A DNA stretch of 29,615 bases from Candidatus Latescibacterota bacterium (GTDB lineage: Bacteria; Latescibacterota; UBA2968; UBA8231): contig CBDBIJ010000028.1 of assembly GCA_965205655.1 (NCBI GenBank), positions 1-29,615 of the forward strand, given 5' to 3'. The notes under the pieces were generated by a model. The model searched no databases. It saw only the letters and a list, made by a program, of their open reading frames with translations, and had not been told where the DNA came from. Shown here one piece after another: positions 1 to 10,170 of the stretch; the first letter of the stretch is position 1, and the number at the start of each line of letters is the position of its first letter. The position numbers were made by a program, and so were the translations under genes.

Positions 1-402
1 CTGGCCACCAACCTACCTTTCGATGCAAAATCGCTCTGGCGCTTCATGGGTGGTCGCGGCCTACACGAAAAAGCCATCGGCGAACTCAAGACGGGGCTGG
101 CCTTCGACGCCATTCCCACGGATGACTACCGGGCCAACAGCGTCTGGCAACAATTTGTCGTGCTGGCGCACAATCTCCTAGCCAATTTCCAGATCGAATC
201 CGGGCTAATAAAGCGCCACCGAACCAGGAAGAATACCGCCCGCTGGGCCCTGAAATCCGTGCGCACGCTACGTTTCGAGCTGTTCAACCGCGCCGGACAC
301 TTGATGCACCCGGAAGGACGAGCCACTTTGCGTCTGCAACGCAACAAGAAGGCCGAAAAACAGTTCCGAAAAATCAGCGCAGCTCTACGAAAAGTCGCCT
401 GA
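1..402 (+). CDS. IS1380-family (DDE_Tnp_1_4-like) transposase, C-terminal part, running off the window start
   Basis: Open from nt 1 (LATNLPFDAKSLWRFMGGRGLHEKAIGELK...NSVWQQFVVLAHNLL...TLRFELFNRAG). The TNL...RGxxExxIxElK and AHNL motifs are typical of IS1380 transposase C-termini. Confidence 0.8.
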   Translation: MATNLPFDAKSLWRFMGGRGLHEKAIGELKTGLAFDAIPTDDYRANSVWQQFVVLAHNLLANFQIESGLIKRHRTRKNTARWALKSVRTLRFELFNRAGHLMHPEGRATLRLQRNKKAEKQFRKISAALRKVA

Positions 403-419
403 TTTTTGCCGAATCAAGG
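1..419 (+). mobile_element. Right part of an IS1380-family element ending ...TTTTTGCCGAATCAAGG
   Basis: The transposase stop at 402 is followed by a short GG-terminated end. An unrelated coding fragment resumes at exactly 420. The left end and TSD lie outside the window. Confidence 0.7.
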
Positions 420-545
420 CTAACTGCGGTCACCGAGCAGTACGAATCGTTGTTCCAGAACCAGGCGATGATGTACTATTTCTACGAGATGCCGGCGAAC
501 TTTGACGTGGAAGATTTCATCGCCAGCTGGAACGGATCGCGTTGA
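420..545 (+). pseudogene. IS-severed 3' end (41 aa) of a paralog of the PhyH-like gene at 560..1689
   Basis: Translates LTAVTEQYESLFQNQAMMYYFYEMPANFDVEDFIASWNGSR*, 34/41 identical to the peptide at 1564..1689 (LTADTEQYESLFQNQAMKYHFYEMPASFGVADFIASWDGSR*). Confidence 0.85.
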
Positions 546-559
546 CGGAGGCGGGCAGA

Positions 560-1689
560 ATGAAATCGACCATCGAAGAGCAAACAGCACAGTTGATGGA
601 GTCGGGGTACGTCATTGTCCGCGACCTGATCCCACCAGACGAGCTCCAGCGGCTGCGCAGAAGCGTCGATCTCATGGCCGAGCGGGCTCCGTGAGAGCCG
701 GTTCATGACGACCGAGTGGGTTGATGGCGAGACCGCCGACGCGGTGGAATTCTGTTTCGACGAACGCACCCTCGGCGTCAGTCTGCAATTGATGAATGCA
801 CCCGCCGTGACGACGTTGGGAATGTTAGTGCTGTCTACTTCGGGCACAGGTTGGCATCGCGACATCGTCCCTATCGACATGGGTCCTCTCGATGGACTGC
901 AGGAAGACTTGAGGATCAACGGCCCCCACTATCTGCAGTGGAACGTCCCGCTGTATGACGACAGCTTTTCTGCATTTCATTCCGGGAAGCCACCTGCGGC
1001 GGAACAATGCCGAGGAGCGCAAGATCGAGCGCCGAATGGGGGTCGTGCCGTTGCCGGGAGCGATCGCGGTCGATCTGAAGGCCGGTGATGCGGTCGTCTA
1101 TCTCAACATCTGCCTCCACAGTTCCGCGCCCAACGGTGAGATCAAGCGGCGCACGATGATCATGGGATACGGGGCTTTCGGCAACAGGGGATTCACCCAC
1201 TACCTGCACGAGCCCATAGGCGTCGATTTCATCGAACACCTTTCGCCACAAGGCGCCGAGCAATGCAAGCAGTTCGCGGGGCTGCACGCGCAAAGGCACG
1301 ACGAGATCGTCGCAACCTTCAAGGCTGTTCTACAGAAAGACCGCGATGCATTTGTGGGGGCGTTCGAGACTCTTCATCCGAGTGAGCACAACCGCATGAC
1401 GTCACTGATCGTGCTGTCGAAGATCGCCTACAAGCTTCGCAAGTACAAAGATTCGGATTCGGATGATTGGCAATACACCGGCGAGGTCAAAATCCTTGGC
1501 GCGCGCTTCACCGCGGATGAACTGGATCTGCTCTGGGATCGATTCGGAGCCCTTGAGGACGCACTGACAGCAGACACTGAGCAGTACGAGTCATTGTTCC
1601 AGAACCAGGCGATGAAGTACCATTTCTACGAGATGCCAGCGAGTTTTGGCGTTGCCGATTTCATCGCCAGCTGGGACGGTTCAAGGTGA
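560..1689 (+). CDS. PhyH-like Fe(II)/2-oxoglutarate dioxygenase with a C-terminal extension (~375 aa after correcting two frameshifts)
   Basis: GGAGG RBS then ATG 560 (MKSTIEEQTAQLMESGYVIVRDLIP). Extra base near 692 joins the 705 frame (WHRD). Extra T in the run near 966-969 joins the 955 frame (FIPGSH...LKAGDAVVY...LHS...RRT). HxD...H triad is present. Confidence 0.75.
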
Positions 1690-1690
1690 T

Positions 1691-2546
1691 CTATTTTTGC
1701 AGCGGCACCAGCTCGAAACCAGTCTCGACGAGGTTGCTCGGGTTGCCGGCCCTGTCCCGCGAGAAAAACATGAAGGTATAAGTTCCTAACAGCGCGTCCT
1801 TCGTGATTTTGAAGTTCCACGAAAAGCGACCGTCCCCCTTCTCCACCTCGCCGATATCGGGATCGCCGTCGTCGAAGAGAGGGTAGCGGACGCCGCCGGG
1901 TACGCCCGGTTTGCCCGGTTCCCCTTCTCCCCCCCCCAGCTGCCGTCCGGCTTCCGGAATTTGAAGTAGACCGAATCGATATCGCCCAACCCTTGCCGGT
2001 CCGAGACCGAAATGCGCACCTGAACCGGATCGCCGGTCTGGCGCTCCAGCGTATCGGCGTGTCGGCCTCGAATAGAATGGGCGCTTCGTTTTCCAGATAT
2101 ATCTCCTTCGTCAACATCTTCGACCCGCCGGCACTGGCATCCACGGCCTGAAACTGGAGCGTCTGATTCCCCAGGAATCCCGCCGCCAGAGTCGAGTCGA
2201 ACATCGCGCCGAATCGGGCGGTATTGGCGCTGACCGAATCCTGCCGGGACAGAGTCCAAACTTCATCGCCCCGCCGCAGACGCATCGCGACCTCGATCTG
2301 GCCGGCAAACTGATTGGAGTCCTGTACTGTCGCGGCAAACATCACCGGCTGACTGCCTGAAAACAGGGTATCCGGAGCCTCGACCGCGACTACCACGAGC
2401 GAGGTATTATTCTCTTCGAATATCGGCCCGTCGTTTCTGTTTTCCGCCTCGCCGGAGGAATTGTCGCCAACGCCGGTGGGACTGCTGTCGCCGCCGCAGG
2501 CACTCATCAGGCACAGCGCCACCAGGGTGAAGAGCCACTGCGCCAT
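1691..2546 (-). CDS. Lipoprotein of unknown function with beta-rich domains and an LFDDG...GDGxFS motif (~285 aa after correcting two frameshifts)
   Basis: AGGAG RBS, MAQWLFTLVALCLMSA-CGGDSSPTG lipobox. Frameshifts near 2057 and in the G/A runs near 1920-1937. The final frame reads YPLFDDGDPDIGEVEKGDGRFSWNFKITKDALLGTYTFMFFSRDRAGNPSNLVETGFELVPLQK* (stop at 1691). Confidence 0.7.
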
Positions 2547-2691
2547 CTGGCGATCTCCTGATATATTTTCTTCCGAATAAATCGTTGCCATATCGCCGTC
2601 GCGTCACTTCCTTCTAGATACTCCTATGTAGATTGGAAAGGCGCGAATACCTGGAACATACTCACGCACCCCGTGTCAACGGAATCAGTTG

Positions 2692-5600
2692 ATGCCCGCT
2701 ATCCGCCCCTTCGCCGCGCTCCTGATTCTCGCCCTGCTCACGGCCCCTTTCATTTCCCCCGCCACCGCTGGCACCGGCAAGATCGCCGCACCGTGATCGA
2801 CGCGGCCAGCGGCGCTTCTCTGCCCTTTGCCACCATCATTCTGGTCGGCGATCGGCTGGGCACCACCGCCGACGACGAGGGCCATTTCTTCATCCTCAAC
2901 CTCGCCCCCGGCACCTACACCCTCCAGGCCACCCACGTCGGCTACTCCCCCTACACCCTGGAAAACGTGTACGTCTCGGCCGACCTGACCACCACCGTGG
3001 AACTCGAGCCCGCCCCGGCCGATATCCAACTCGAGGCCGTCGTCGTCCGAGCCGCGCGTCCCCTCGTCGACAAGAACGCCACCAATGCCGTGCGCATCGT
3101 CGACGGCGCTGACCTGGAGCACTTGCCCGTCCGCGGCGTTCCAGATGTCCTCGCGCTGCAGGCCGGGGTCGTCGAGGACGAGGGTCGTTTCCACGTGCGC
3201 GGCTCGCGTAGCGACGAGGTGGGCTACTACGTCGAAGGCGGCAGCGTGCGCAATCCCATCACCGGCGCCAGCGCCGTCACCCTCATCGATGAGGCCGTCC
3301 AGGAAATCCAGCTCCAGGCCGGTGGCTTCAACGCCGAGTACGGCGGCGCCAATGGCGGTCTCGTGTTGCAGGAATTGCGCACCGGCGGCCCCGAGTGGAA
3401 GGTCGCCTTCCTCGCCGAGACCGACCGTTTCACCTCCCGCTATGACCGCCGCTTCAATACCTATTCCTACGGCCACAGCAACCAGGTAATTACCCTTGGC
3501 GGCCCCGTGGCCGGCCGGCGCTCGATCCGCGCCTTCGCCGCCTTGCAGCGCCGGGCGCGCGATTCGCGCGCCGTCTTCTGGGACGGCTTTGCTTTCTCAG
3601 ACCTGGTCGATTCCGGCGACCGGGGAGGACGCGTCCACTGGACCGATCCCAGCACCCCCGATACGGTCGGCGCCCTGATCATGCGCCCCGGCAACATCGA
3701 CCACACCGGCCGCGAGGCCTACGACTTCAACGGCACGCTGCTGTTCAACAACACTCCGGTCCAGGTGCGCCTCGCCGCCCTCCTCTCCGTCGACGACCTC
3801 GAACTCAACCAGGCGCCGGTGCGCAACATGCTCAACCTGGAGCGCCAGCCCGAAGCCCGGCGCACCTCCGCGCTCTTGAACGTGAGGGCCACCCACATCC
3901 TCGACCCTTCCATGTTCTACCAGGTGAACCTGAGTCTTTACGACCAGGACCGGCGATTCTTCGACCCGATCTTTGAGGACAATTTCATCGTTTACAACGA
4001 CAGCGTGGCGGTTGCCCGCGCCAGTGACGCCTTCATTTCCTACCCCAGCCAGGGCACCGTCCCACGCCCCTACGACCTCAGCGGCTTCCCATTCACCCGC
4101 CCCGGTACGCCCACTGCCTTTGGCAACGGCTCAGAGCGCGCCAGCTTTTTCGCGATCGAAGAGGACAACTATCTCGGCCTTGCCGCCGGGCTTACCAAGC
4201 AGACCCGTATCCATCAGCTCAAACTCGGCTTCGACTACCAGCGCTGGACCTCACGGCGCTACCTGGTGGTGCTCAACTCCATCCGCGCCGCCATCCACAA
4301 CACCTATCCCAACCTGGAGGCCGTCTACCAGCGCTACTACGACGGCGCCATCGGCCAGGACGCCCTCCTCGACGAGCTGCTCGCGGCGGCCTCGAGCGCG
4401 CCGGAGGATGAGGGGGACCTGAGTGATTTCAAGAACCTCATTCGCCAGAACAGCCAGGCCGACTTCTACGGCTTCGACGAATTCGGCCGGCGGGACGAGG
4501 CAGCGGGACTGGAAGCCCCGCGCCATCCCGTGCTGGCCGCTGCTTACCTCCAGGACAAAGTCGAATACCGCGACCTGGTCCTCAACGCCGGCATGCGCTG
4601 GGACTACTTCGACGTCGACAGCTTCCGCTTCACCGATCCGGCCGCACCGGTCCGCCTCGCGGAACAGACGACCGTCGACCTGACCTCCATGCGCCCCACC
4701 CGCACCTTCCTCGAATTCAGCCCGCGCCTGGGCCTCTCCTTCCCCGTGTCGGCGCGCACCGTGTTCCACATCCAGTACGGGCGCTTCGCCCAAATGCCTC
4801 GCCTGCGCGACATGTTCACCGGAGGTGCCGCCCTTGCCCTCGAAGTGGCCGGCGGCAACTTCATCCGCTTTCCCACTGCGTTCGACGTCGAGCCCATCCG
4901 CACTACTCAGTACGAGATCGGTCTCGGGCACCAGTTCGCCACGACCGCCTCCTTCGACCTGAGCGGCTTTTACCGCGACGTCAAGGGCCAGCTGCAGGTG
5001 CGGCGCCAGCAAGTGACTCAGAGCGCCGTCGACGCCGGGGCCTACAACTACCTTGCCAACGCCGACTTCGCCACGACCAAGGGGGTGGAACTGGTCTTCA
5101 AACTCAGCCGTATCCGCCGTCTTCAGGCCCAGTTCAACTACACCCTCTCCGACGCCCGGGGCACCGGCTCCACCGTCAACTCCGGCATTGCCGGCATTGA
5201 GAACAACGCCAACTTGCCCACTGTCGTCTCGCCCCTCGACTTCAACCAGACCCACCGCGGCAGCGCCTACCTGGACTACCGCTTCGGGCCCGACGAAGGC
5301 GGCGCTGTGCTGGAGCGACTGGGCCTCAACCTGCTCCTCCGCTTCACCAGCGGTCACAACTACACGCTGGCCACCGGGTCCGTCGGCCAGCGCGGTCGGG
5401 AGCTGGGCGCCATCCTCTCCAGCGACGACCCCCGCGCCCGCCAACCCCTCGAACCCATCAACCGCTCCACCACCCCCTGGACCTTCGCCGCCGACCTGCG
5501 GGTGGACAAGGCATTCCCTCTCCTCGGGGTCAGGGCCTGGGCCTACGTGTACATTCAGAACCTCTTCAACCGCCGCAACGTCATCAACGTCTACAACCGC

Positions 5601-5801
5601 ACCGGCAACGATCAGGACGACGGCTTCCTCACCGATCCCGAGCTGAGCGGCAAAATCGTCGAGGCCAGCGGCGGCGAGCAGTACCGACAACTCTACGAGC
5701 AGATCAACCTGATCAATCGCCAGCACTACTGGTTCACCGAGGGCGGCGATCTCTACGGGGAACCACGCCAGCTCCGTTTCGGTCTGAAATACGAGCTGTG
5801 A
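2692..5801 (+). CDS. TonB-dependent receptor with an N-terminal carboxypeptidase-regulatory-like domain (~1036 aa; one frameshift near 2788)
   Basis: ATG 2692 gives the signal peptide MPAIRPFAALLILALLTAPFISPATA-GTGKIA[G]TVID; one missing G joins the long ORF. Motifs: G..TTADDEGHFFILNLAPGTYTL..THVGY, plug HVRGSRSDEVGYYVEG and GGFNAEYG, barrel YLQDK/GMRWDY/FSPRLG/QNLFN, C-terminal RQLRFGLKYEL. Confidence 0.92.
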
Positions 5802-5813
5802 ACGGTGCCTTGC

Positions 5814-8800
5814 ATGAGCCGAACGCGTAACTTCCACTTTCTCTTCTCGGCGCTGATCCTGACACTCGCCCTCGGCGCCATTCCGGCCCGCGGCGCCTTT
5901 CCGGCCCGCGGCCGCCCTGCCCTTTCTCTCACCAGCGCCGCCAAAGTGACCCAGGACCTGAGCCTGGGCCGGCGCGCCCTGATCAACGTCAACAATATCT
6001 CGATGTGGTTCGCCCGGGACGGTTTCTCGGGCCACAATCCCCTGACCGACACCCCCGGCACCATCTTCCCGCGCTCCACCTCCAACATCGTCTTCCAGGA
6101 TGGTCTGGTCTGGGGCGGACGCGTCTTCGACGGTGACTCCCAGCAAGTGCGCGTCGGTGGCCAGACCTTCCGTATCGGCACTGTACCCGGCCGCATCCTC
6201 CCCGGGGGCACGGCCCAGGATCCCGGTGACCCACTAAACCGCATCTATCGCATCCGTTCGGACTACCGCCGTGCCGACCTGCGCCTGGACACAGCCGAGC
6301 TTTTGGGACAAGACGAAGTCTCGGAGGCAGACATCGAGCGCGTGCGCGCCCAGTACGAGAAGGATTGGCGCGAGTGGCCCTGGGAGTGGGGAGCCCCCTT
6401 CTACGATCGGGACGGCGACGGCGCCTACGACCCGCAAGTCGACGAGCCCTCTTTCCGCGCCGCCGACTGCGGTCAGACGCCCGATCTGTGCGTCAGCCGC
6501 GCCGACCAGGTGGCCTTCTTCATCTTCAACGACCTGGACGAGGCCGCCACCATTTCGTTCCACGGCTCCCGTCCCATCGGACTCGAAGTGCAGGTGACGC
6601 TGTGGGCCTACGCCCGCACTGACCCTCTGGGCGACGCGCTCTTCAAAAAGTTCACCATCCTCTACAAGGGCGCGGCCTCCACTCCGGACGACGCCCGCAT
6701 CGAGGACCTCTACTTCGCCCAGTGGGCCGACACCGATATCGGCGACTTCAGCGACGACTTCGCCGGCGCCGACACCACGCTAAGCCTGGGCTACGGTTAC
6801 AACGCCGAAGAGGAAGATCCCCGCTACCGGGCCTTCGACCTGCCGCCGCCGGCCGTGGGCTATGACTTCCTCCAGGGACCCATCGTCCCCCACGCGGCGG
6901 GCGAGGCCGTCTTCAACTTCCGCCGCCGCCCCGGCTATCGTAACCTGCCCATGACTTCTTTCGTCTACTTCGCCTCTGGCAGCGGCATCGACGATCCCCA
7001 GTTGGGCGCCTATGTCGGCACCGAGGAGTGGTACAACCTGCTGCGCGGCTTCCAGCCCCAGCCCGACGTCGACAGACCCGTGCCCTACACCAACCCCCTC
7101 ACCGGCGAGGACACCTTCTTCGCCCTCGACGGCGATCCGCGCCGCGACAGCGGCTGGACTGACGGCATCTCCCTTCCAGCCGGGGACCGCCGTATTGTTC
7201 TGAGCACTGGCCCGGTCGCCATGGCCCTGGGCGACACTCAGAAAGTAGTCGTCGCCCTCCTCGGCGCCCTTGGTGGCGACCGGCTGCGCAGCATTTCCCG
7301 GCTAAAATTCAACGACCGTTTCGTCCAGGACGCCTACGATCGCGGCTTCGACGTGGGCGCCCCGCCCGCCCCGCCCAGGGTGCGCGCGGCGACCGAAGAC
7401 CAGACCATCGTTCTCGACTGGGGCCACGACCTGGAGGCAGTTCGCGCCACCGAGGAAGGTGTGACGCCCCCCTTCCGCTTCCAGGGCTACAATCTCTACC
7501 AGTTCCCCACGGCGAGCCCCGACCTTTCCCGAGCCCGAAAACTCGCCACCTACGACGTCGTCGACGGAGTCACTGCCATCCTCGGCCCCCAGTTGGACGA
7601 GGCCTCCGGCCTGATTGTGCACACGCCGCTGCAAATCGGCCGCGACTCGGGCTTGCGCTGGGTCGCTCGCATCGCGCGCGACGCCTTGCGCAACGCGCCT
7701 CTGTTCAACGGCCAGCCCTACCACTTCGCCGTCACCGCCTACAGCCACAACGCCGATCCGGAGGCACTGACCGCTGCGCTGGAATCGGCACCCCAGCGCC
7801 TCACGGTTGTGCCGCAGCACCCATCGCCGGGTTTCCGTCGCTCGGCGGAGTTCGATACCCACCTGCCGGTCGTCCACACTCGTGGCTTCGGCGACGTCGT
7901 AGTCCAGCCCATTGTCGTCGATCCCGACCAGCTCGTCGACGCCACCTACACCCTCAGCTTCAACGAGGACCGCTCCTGGAACCTGGCGCGCGACGGCGTG
8001 CCCATGCTCGAAAACCAGCGCAACCTATCTCTTGACGAAAGCTACCTGGCCGTCGATGGCGTCCAGCTCAAAGTCGGTGATCCGGTATTCACCGCTCCCG
8101 CCACCTTTACCAGCGCCGCCGTGGTCGTCGACGCCGACCCGGCCGACGGCGACCTCGACTTCTGGGGCGACGCCATCGTATTCGACTATCCCGACGGTCG
8201 CGCCGCCACCTTCTGGGAAGGCGGCGGCACCGACGATCCTTTGCTGTTGGGCCGCGATCTCGAGATCCGCTTCACCGGTGTGTGGAACGAGGATGCCACC
8301 GAAATCGTCGCCGGCGGTTCCGTCGCCACCCTCGCCGGCGTCAGTCCCGGTTCGGCCGGGCGCGAGCTCGACGCCCATCCCTTCCGCCCGCCTGACGCCC
8401 CCGCAAGCGGCCCGTTTCTCCAGCGCGTGCCGTTCGAGATCTGGGATGTGGAGGATCCGGCGCGCCCGCGCCAGCTCAACGCTGCCATCTTCGACCGCGG
8501 CGCCGACGGCTCGCGCAACGAGGGCCGCGAGGCCTACCACCGGACCTACAACATGGCCGGGCGCGACTACATCACCGCGATCGCCACCGACTACGATCCG
8601 GAGCGCACTAACACTCTGACCGATCCCAACACCACCTGGCTGCTCGTATTCAGGCAAGGCGGCGCCTCGGTCTGGTCGACCGGAGACGTGCTGCGCCTCA
8701 ACTACCCCGGCCCGATCGTGCCGGGCGAGGACGAGTTTCAATTCACCACCGCGGCCCCGGTCTTCTCCGCCGTCCACGCACGCGAGGACATCGAAAGAAT

Positions 8801-9107
8801 CAATGTCTTCCCCAATCCCTACTACGGCGTCAACGAGGCCGAGACCAGCCGCCACAACCGCTTCGTCACTTTCAGCCACCTGCCGCCAAGAGCTGTCATC
8901 CGACTCTTCGATGTGTCGGGCAATCTGGTGCGGACCCTGCGGAAAGACGATCCCGACCCGTTCTTCCAGTGGGATCTCAACAACGACAACGCCCTGCCGA
9001 TCGCCAGCGGTTTCTACATCGCCCACATCGAAATGCCGGAGATCGGCGCCGCCAGAGTGCTGAAACTGGCTATCGTTCAGGAACAGCAGTTCCTGGAAAA
9101 CTTCTGA
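5814..9107 (+). CDS. Large exported protein (~1097 aa) with an Fn3-like module and a T9SS type-A-like C-terminal sorting domain
   Basis: Hydrophobic signal peptide; DRDGDGAYD Ca-binding-type loop; PPAPP..IVLDW..FQGYNLY..YHFAVTAY Fn3-like segment; C-terminal INVFPNPY...IRLFDVSGNLVRTL...WDL...ASGFYI...KLAIV. The start may be GTG 5805 or ATG 5814. Confidence 0.8.
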   Translation: MSRTRNFHFLFSALILTLALGAIPARGAFPARGRPALSLTSAAKVTQDLSLGRRALINVNNISMWFARDGFSGHNPLTDTPGTIFPRSTSNIVFQDGLVWGGRVFDGDSQQVRVGGQTFRIGTVPGRILPGGTAQDPGDPLNRIYRIRSDYRRADLRLDTAELLGQDEVSEADIERVRAQYEKDWREWPWEWGAPFYDRDGDGAYDPQVDEPSFRAADCGQTPDLCVSRADQVAFFIFNDLDEAATISFHGSRPIGLEVQVTLWAYARTDPLGDALFKKFTILYKGAASTPDDARIEDLYFAQWADTDIGDFSDDFAGADTTLSLGYGYNAEEEDPRYRAFDLPPPAVGYDFLQGPIVPHAAGEAVFNFRRRPGYRNLPMTSFVYFASGSGIDDPQLGAYVGTEEWYNLLRGFQPQPDVDRPVPYTNPLTGEDTFFALDGDPRRDSGWTDGISLPAGDRRIVLSTGPVAMALGDTQKVVVALLGALGGDRLRSISRLKFNDRFVQDAYDRGFDVGAPPAPPRVRAATEDQTIVLDWGHDLEAVRATEEGVTPPFRFQGYNLYQFPTASPDLSRARKLATYDVVDGVTAILGPQLDEASGLIVHTPLQIGRDSGLRWVARIARDALRNAPLFNGQPYHFAVTAYSHNADPEALTAALESAPQRLTVVPQHPSPGFRRSAEFDTHLPVVHTRGFGDVVVQPIVVDPDQLVDATYTLSFNEDRSWNLARDGVPMLENQRNLSLDESYLAVDGVQLKVGDPVFTAPATFTSAAVVVDADPADGDLDFWGDAIVFDYPDGRAATFWEGGGTDDPLLLGRDLEIRFTGVWNEDATEIVAGGSVATLAGVSPGSAGRELDAHPFRPPDAPASGPFLQRVPFEIWDVEDPARPRQLNAAIFDRGADGSRNEGREAYHRTYNMAGRDYITAIATDYDPERTNTLTDPNTTWLLVFRQGGASVWSTGDVLRLNYPGPIVPGEDEFQFTTAAPVFSAVHAREDIERINVFPNPYYGVNEAETSRHNRFVTFSHLPPRAVIRLFDVSGNLVRTLRKDDPDPFFQWDLNNDNALPIASGFYIAHIEMPEIGAARVLKLAIVQEQQFLENF

Positions 9108-9117
9108 GTCTCTTGCG

Positions 9118-10164
9118 ATGGTCAATGGTATAAGTCGCCCCCTCCACCTGCCCGCCCTCTTTCTGGTCGCCCTGATCTGGGCAGCTGAACTGCAGGCCGG
9201 CGGCCAGGAGCGCGCCGGCACGGCTGCCGCCCCCGAACTGCTCATCCCGGTGGGCGCCCGCGACATGGCTCTGGGCGGTGCCGCCATCGCCACCAGCGCC
9301 GGCATCGGTGCCCTCCACTGGAATCCCGCCGGCCTGGCCCGGGCCGGCTCCGATGCCGAGCTGCAGCTCTCGACCATGTCCTACCTGGCCGGTATCCGGG
9401 TTCACTACGCGGCGGTCGGCGGCCACTTCCGACGCTTGGGCGCCCTGGCCCTCAGTCTCAAGGCCCTCGACTTCGGCGCCATTCCCATCACCACTTCGAG
9501 TCATCCCGACGGCACCGGCGCCACCTATTCGCCCACCTTCCTGACCACTGGCCTGAGCTGGGCTCGCCCCCTCTCCGACCGCATCGTCCTGGGCGGCACC
9601 ATGCACTATATCTTCAACCGCATCGAGCGCGTCTCCGCCACCGGCCTCTCCTTCAACGCCGGCCTGCAATACGCCGACCTTGGCGACGTCGGTGGCCTGG
9701 ACTTGGGAGTTGTCATCAAGCACATCGGCTCGCGCCAGCAGTACGACGGCCCGGCCTTGCTGCGCCCCGGCCGCCTCGACGACCTGCGCCGCCCCGACGC
9801 GATCTACAAAGTCGAGGCCAGCTCCGCCGACCTGCCCTCCACCTTCGAGATCGGCCTGGGCTACCGCTACAATCCCGCCGCCTCGGGCCGGGCCGAACTC
9901 TCCCTCGCCTTCCAGCACCACAACTTCGCCAACGACCGGTGGAAATTCGGCTCTGAATATGTGTACCGGGATTTCTTCGCCGCCCGCGGCGGCTTGGACT
10001 ACTCCGACGACGGGGCCGACAACGCCCACATCTTCGGCACCAGCTTCGGCTTCGGCCTGCAGTTGGACCTGGGGGGGTTGGAGGACGTGCAGCTGGACTA
10101 CGCCTACACTACCGTCGACTTTTTCGACCCGCTCAACACCTTCACCTTCCGGGTCGGTTTCTGA
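9118..10164 (+). CDS. PorV/PorQ-family (FadL-fold) outer-membrane beta-barrel
   Basis: Signal peptide followed by AGTAAAPELLIPVGARDMALGGA...ALHWNPAGLA, the signature of PorV-like barrels. C-terminal DYAY...TFRVGF beta-signal. Confidence 0.85.
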   Translation: MVNGISRPLHLPALFLVALIWAAELQAGGQERAGTAAAPELLIPVGARDMALGGAAIATSAGIGALHWNPAGLARAGSDAELQLSTMSYLAGIRVHYAAVGGHFRRLGALALSLKALDFGAIPITTSSHPDGTGATYSPTFLTTGLSWARPLSDRIVLGGTMHYIFNRIERVSATGLSFNAGLQYADLGDVGGLDLGVVIKHIGSRQQYDGPALLRPGRLDDLRRPDAIYKVEASSADLPSTFEIGLGYRYNPAASGRAELSLAFQHHNFANDRWKFGSEYVYRDFFAARGGLDYSDDGADNAHIFGTSFGFGLQLDLGGLEDVQLDYAYTTVDFFDPLNTFTFRVGF

Positions 10165-10170
10165 GTCGAT

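Noticed and set aside
1626..2056. Arg-rich C-terminus of track ORF 1626..2591
   Set aside because: Out-of-frame read-through after a frameshift; the true end is at 1691.
2673..2790. Track N-terminus MSTESVDARYPP... of the TBDR
   Set aside because: Wrong frame; the real signal peptide starts at ATG 2692 and joins through a one-base frameshift.
5881..5912. 14-bp direct repeat TTCCGGCCCGCGGC with an 18-nt period (IPARGA/FPARGR)
   Set aside because: Small in-frame duplication at the signal-peptide junction; only two copies and no evidence of function.
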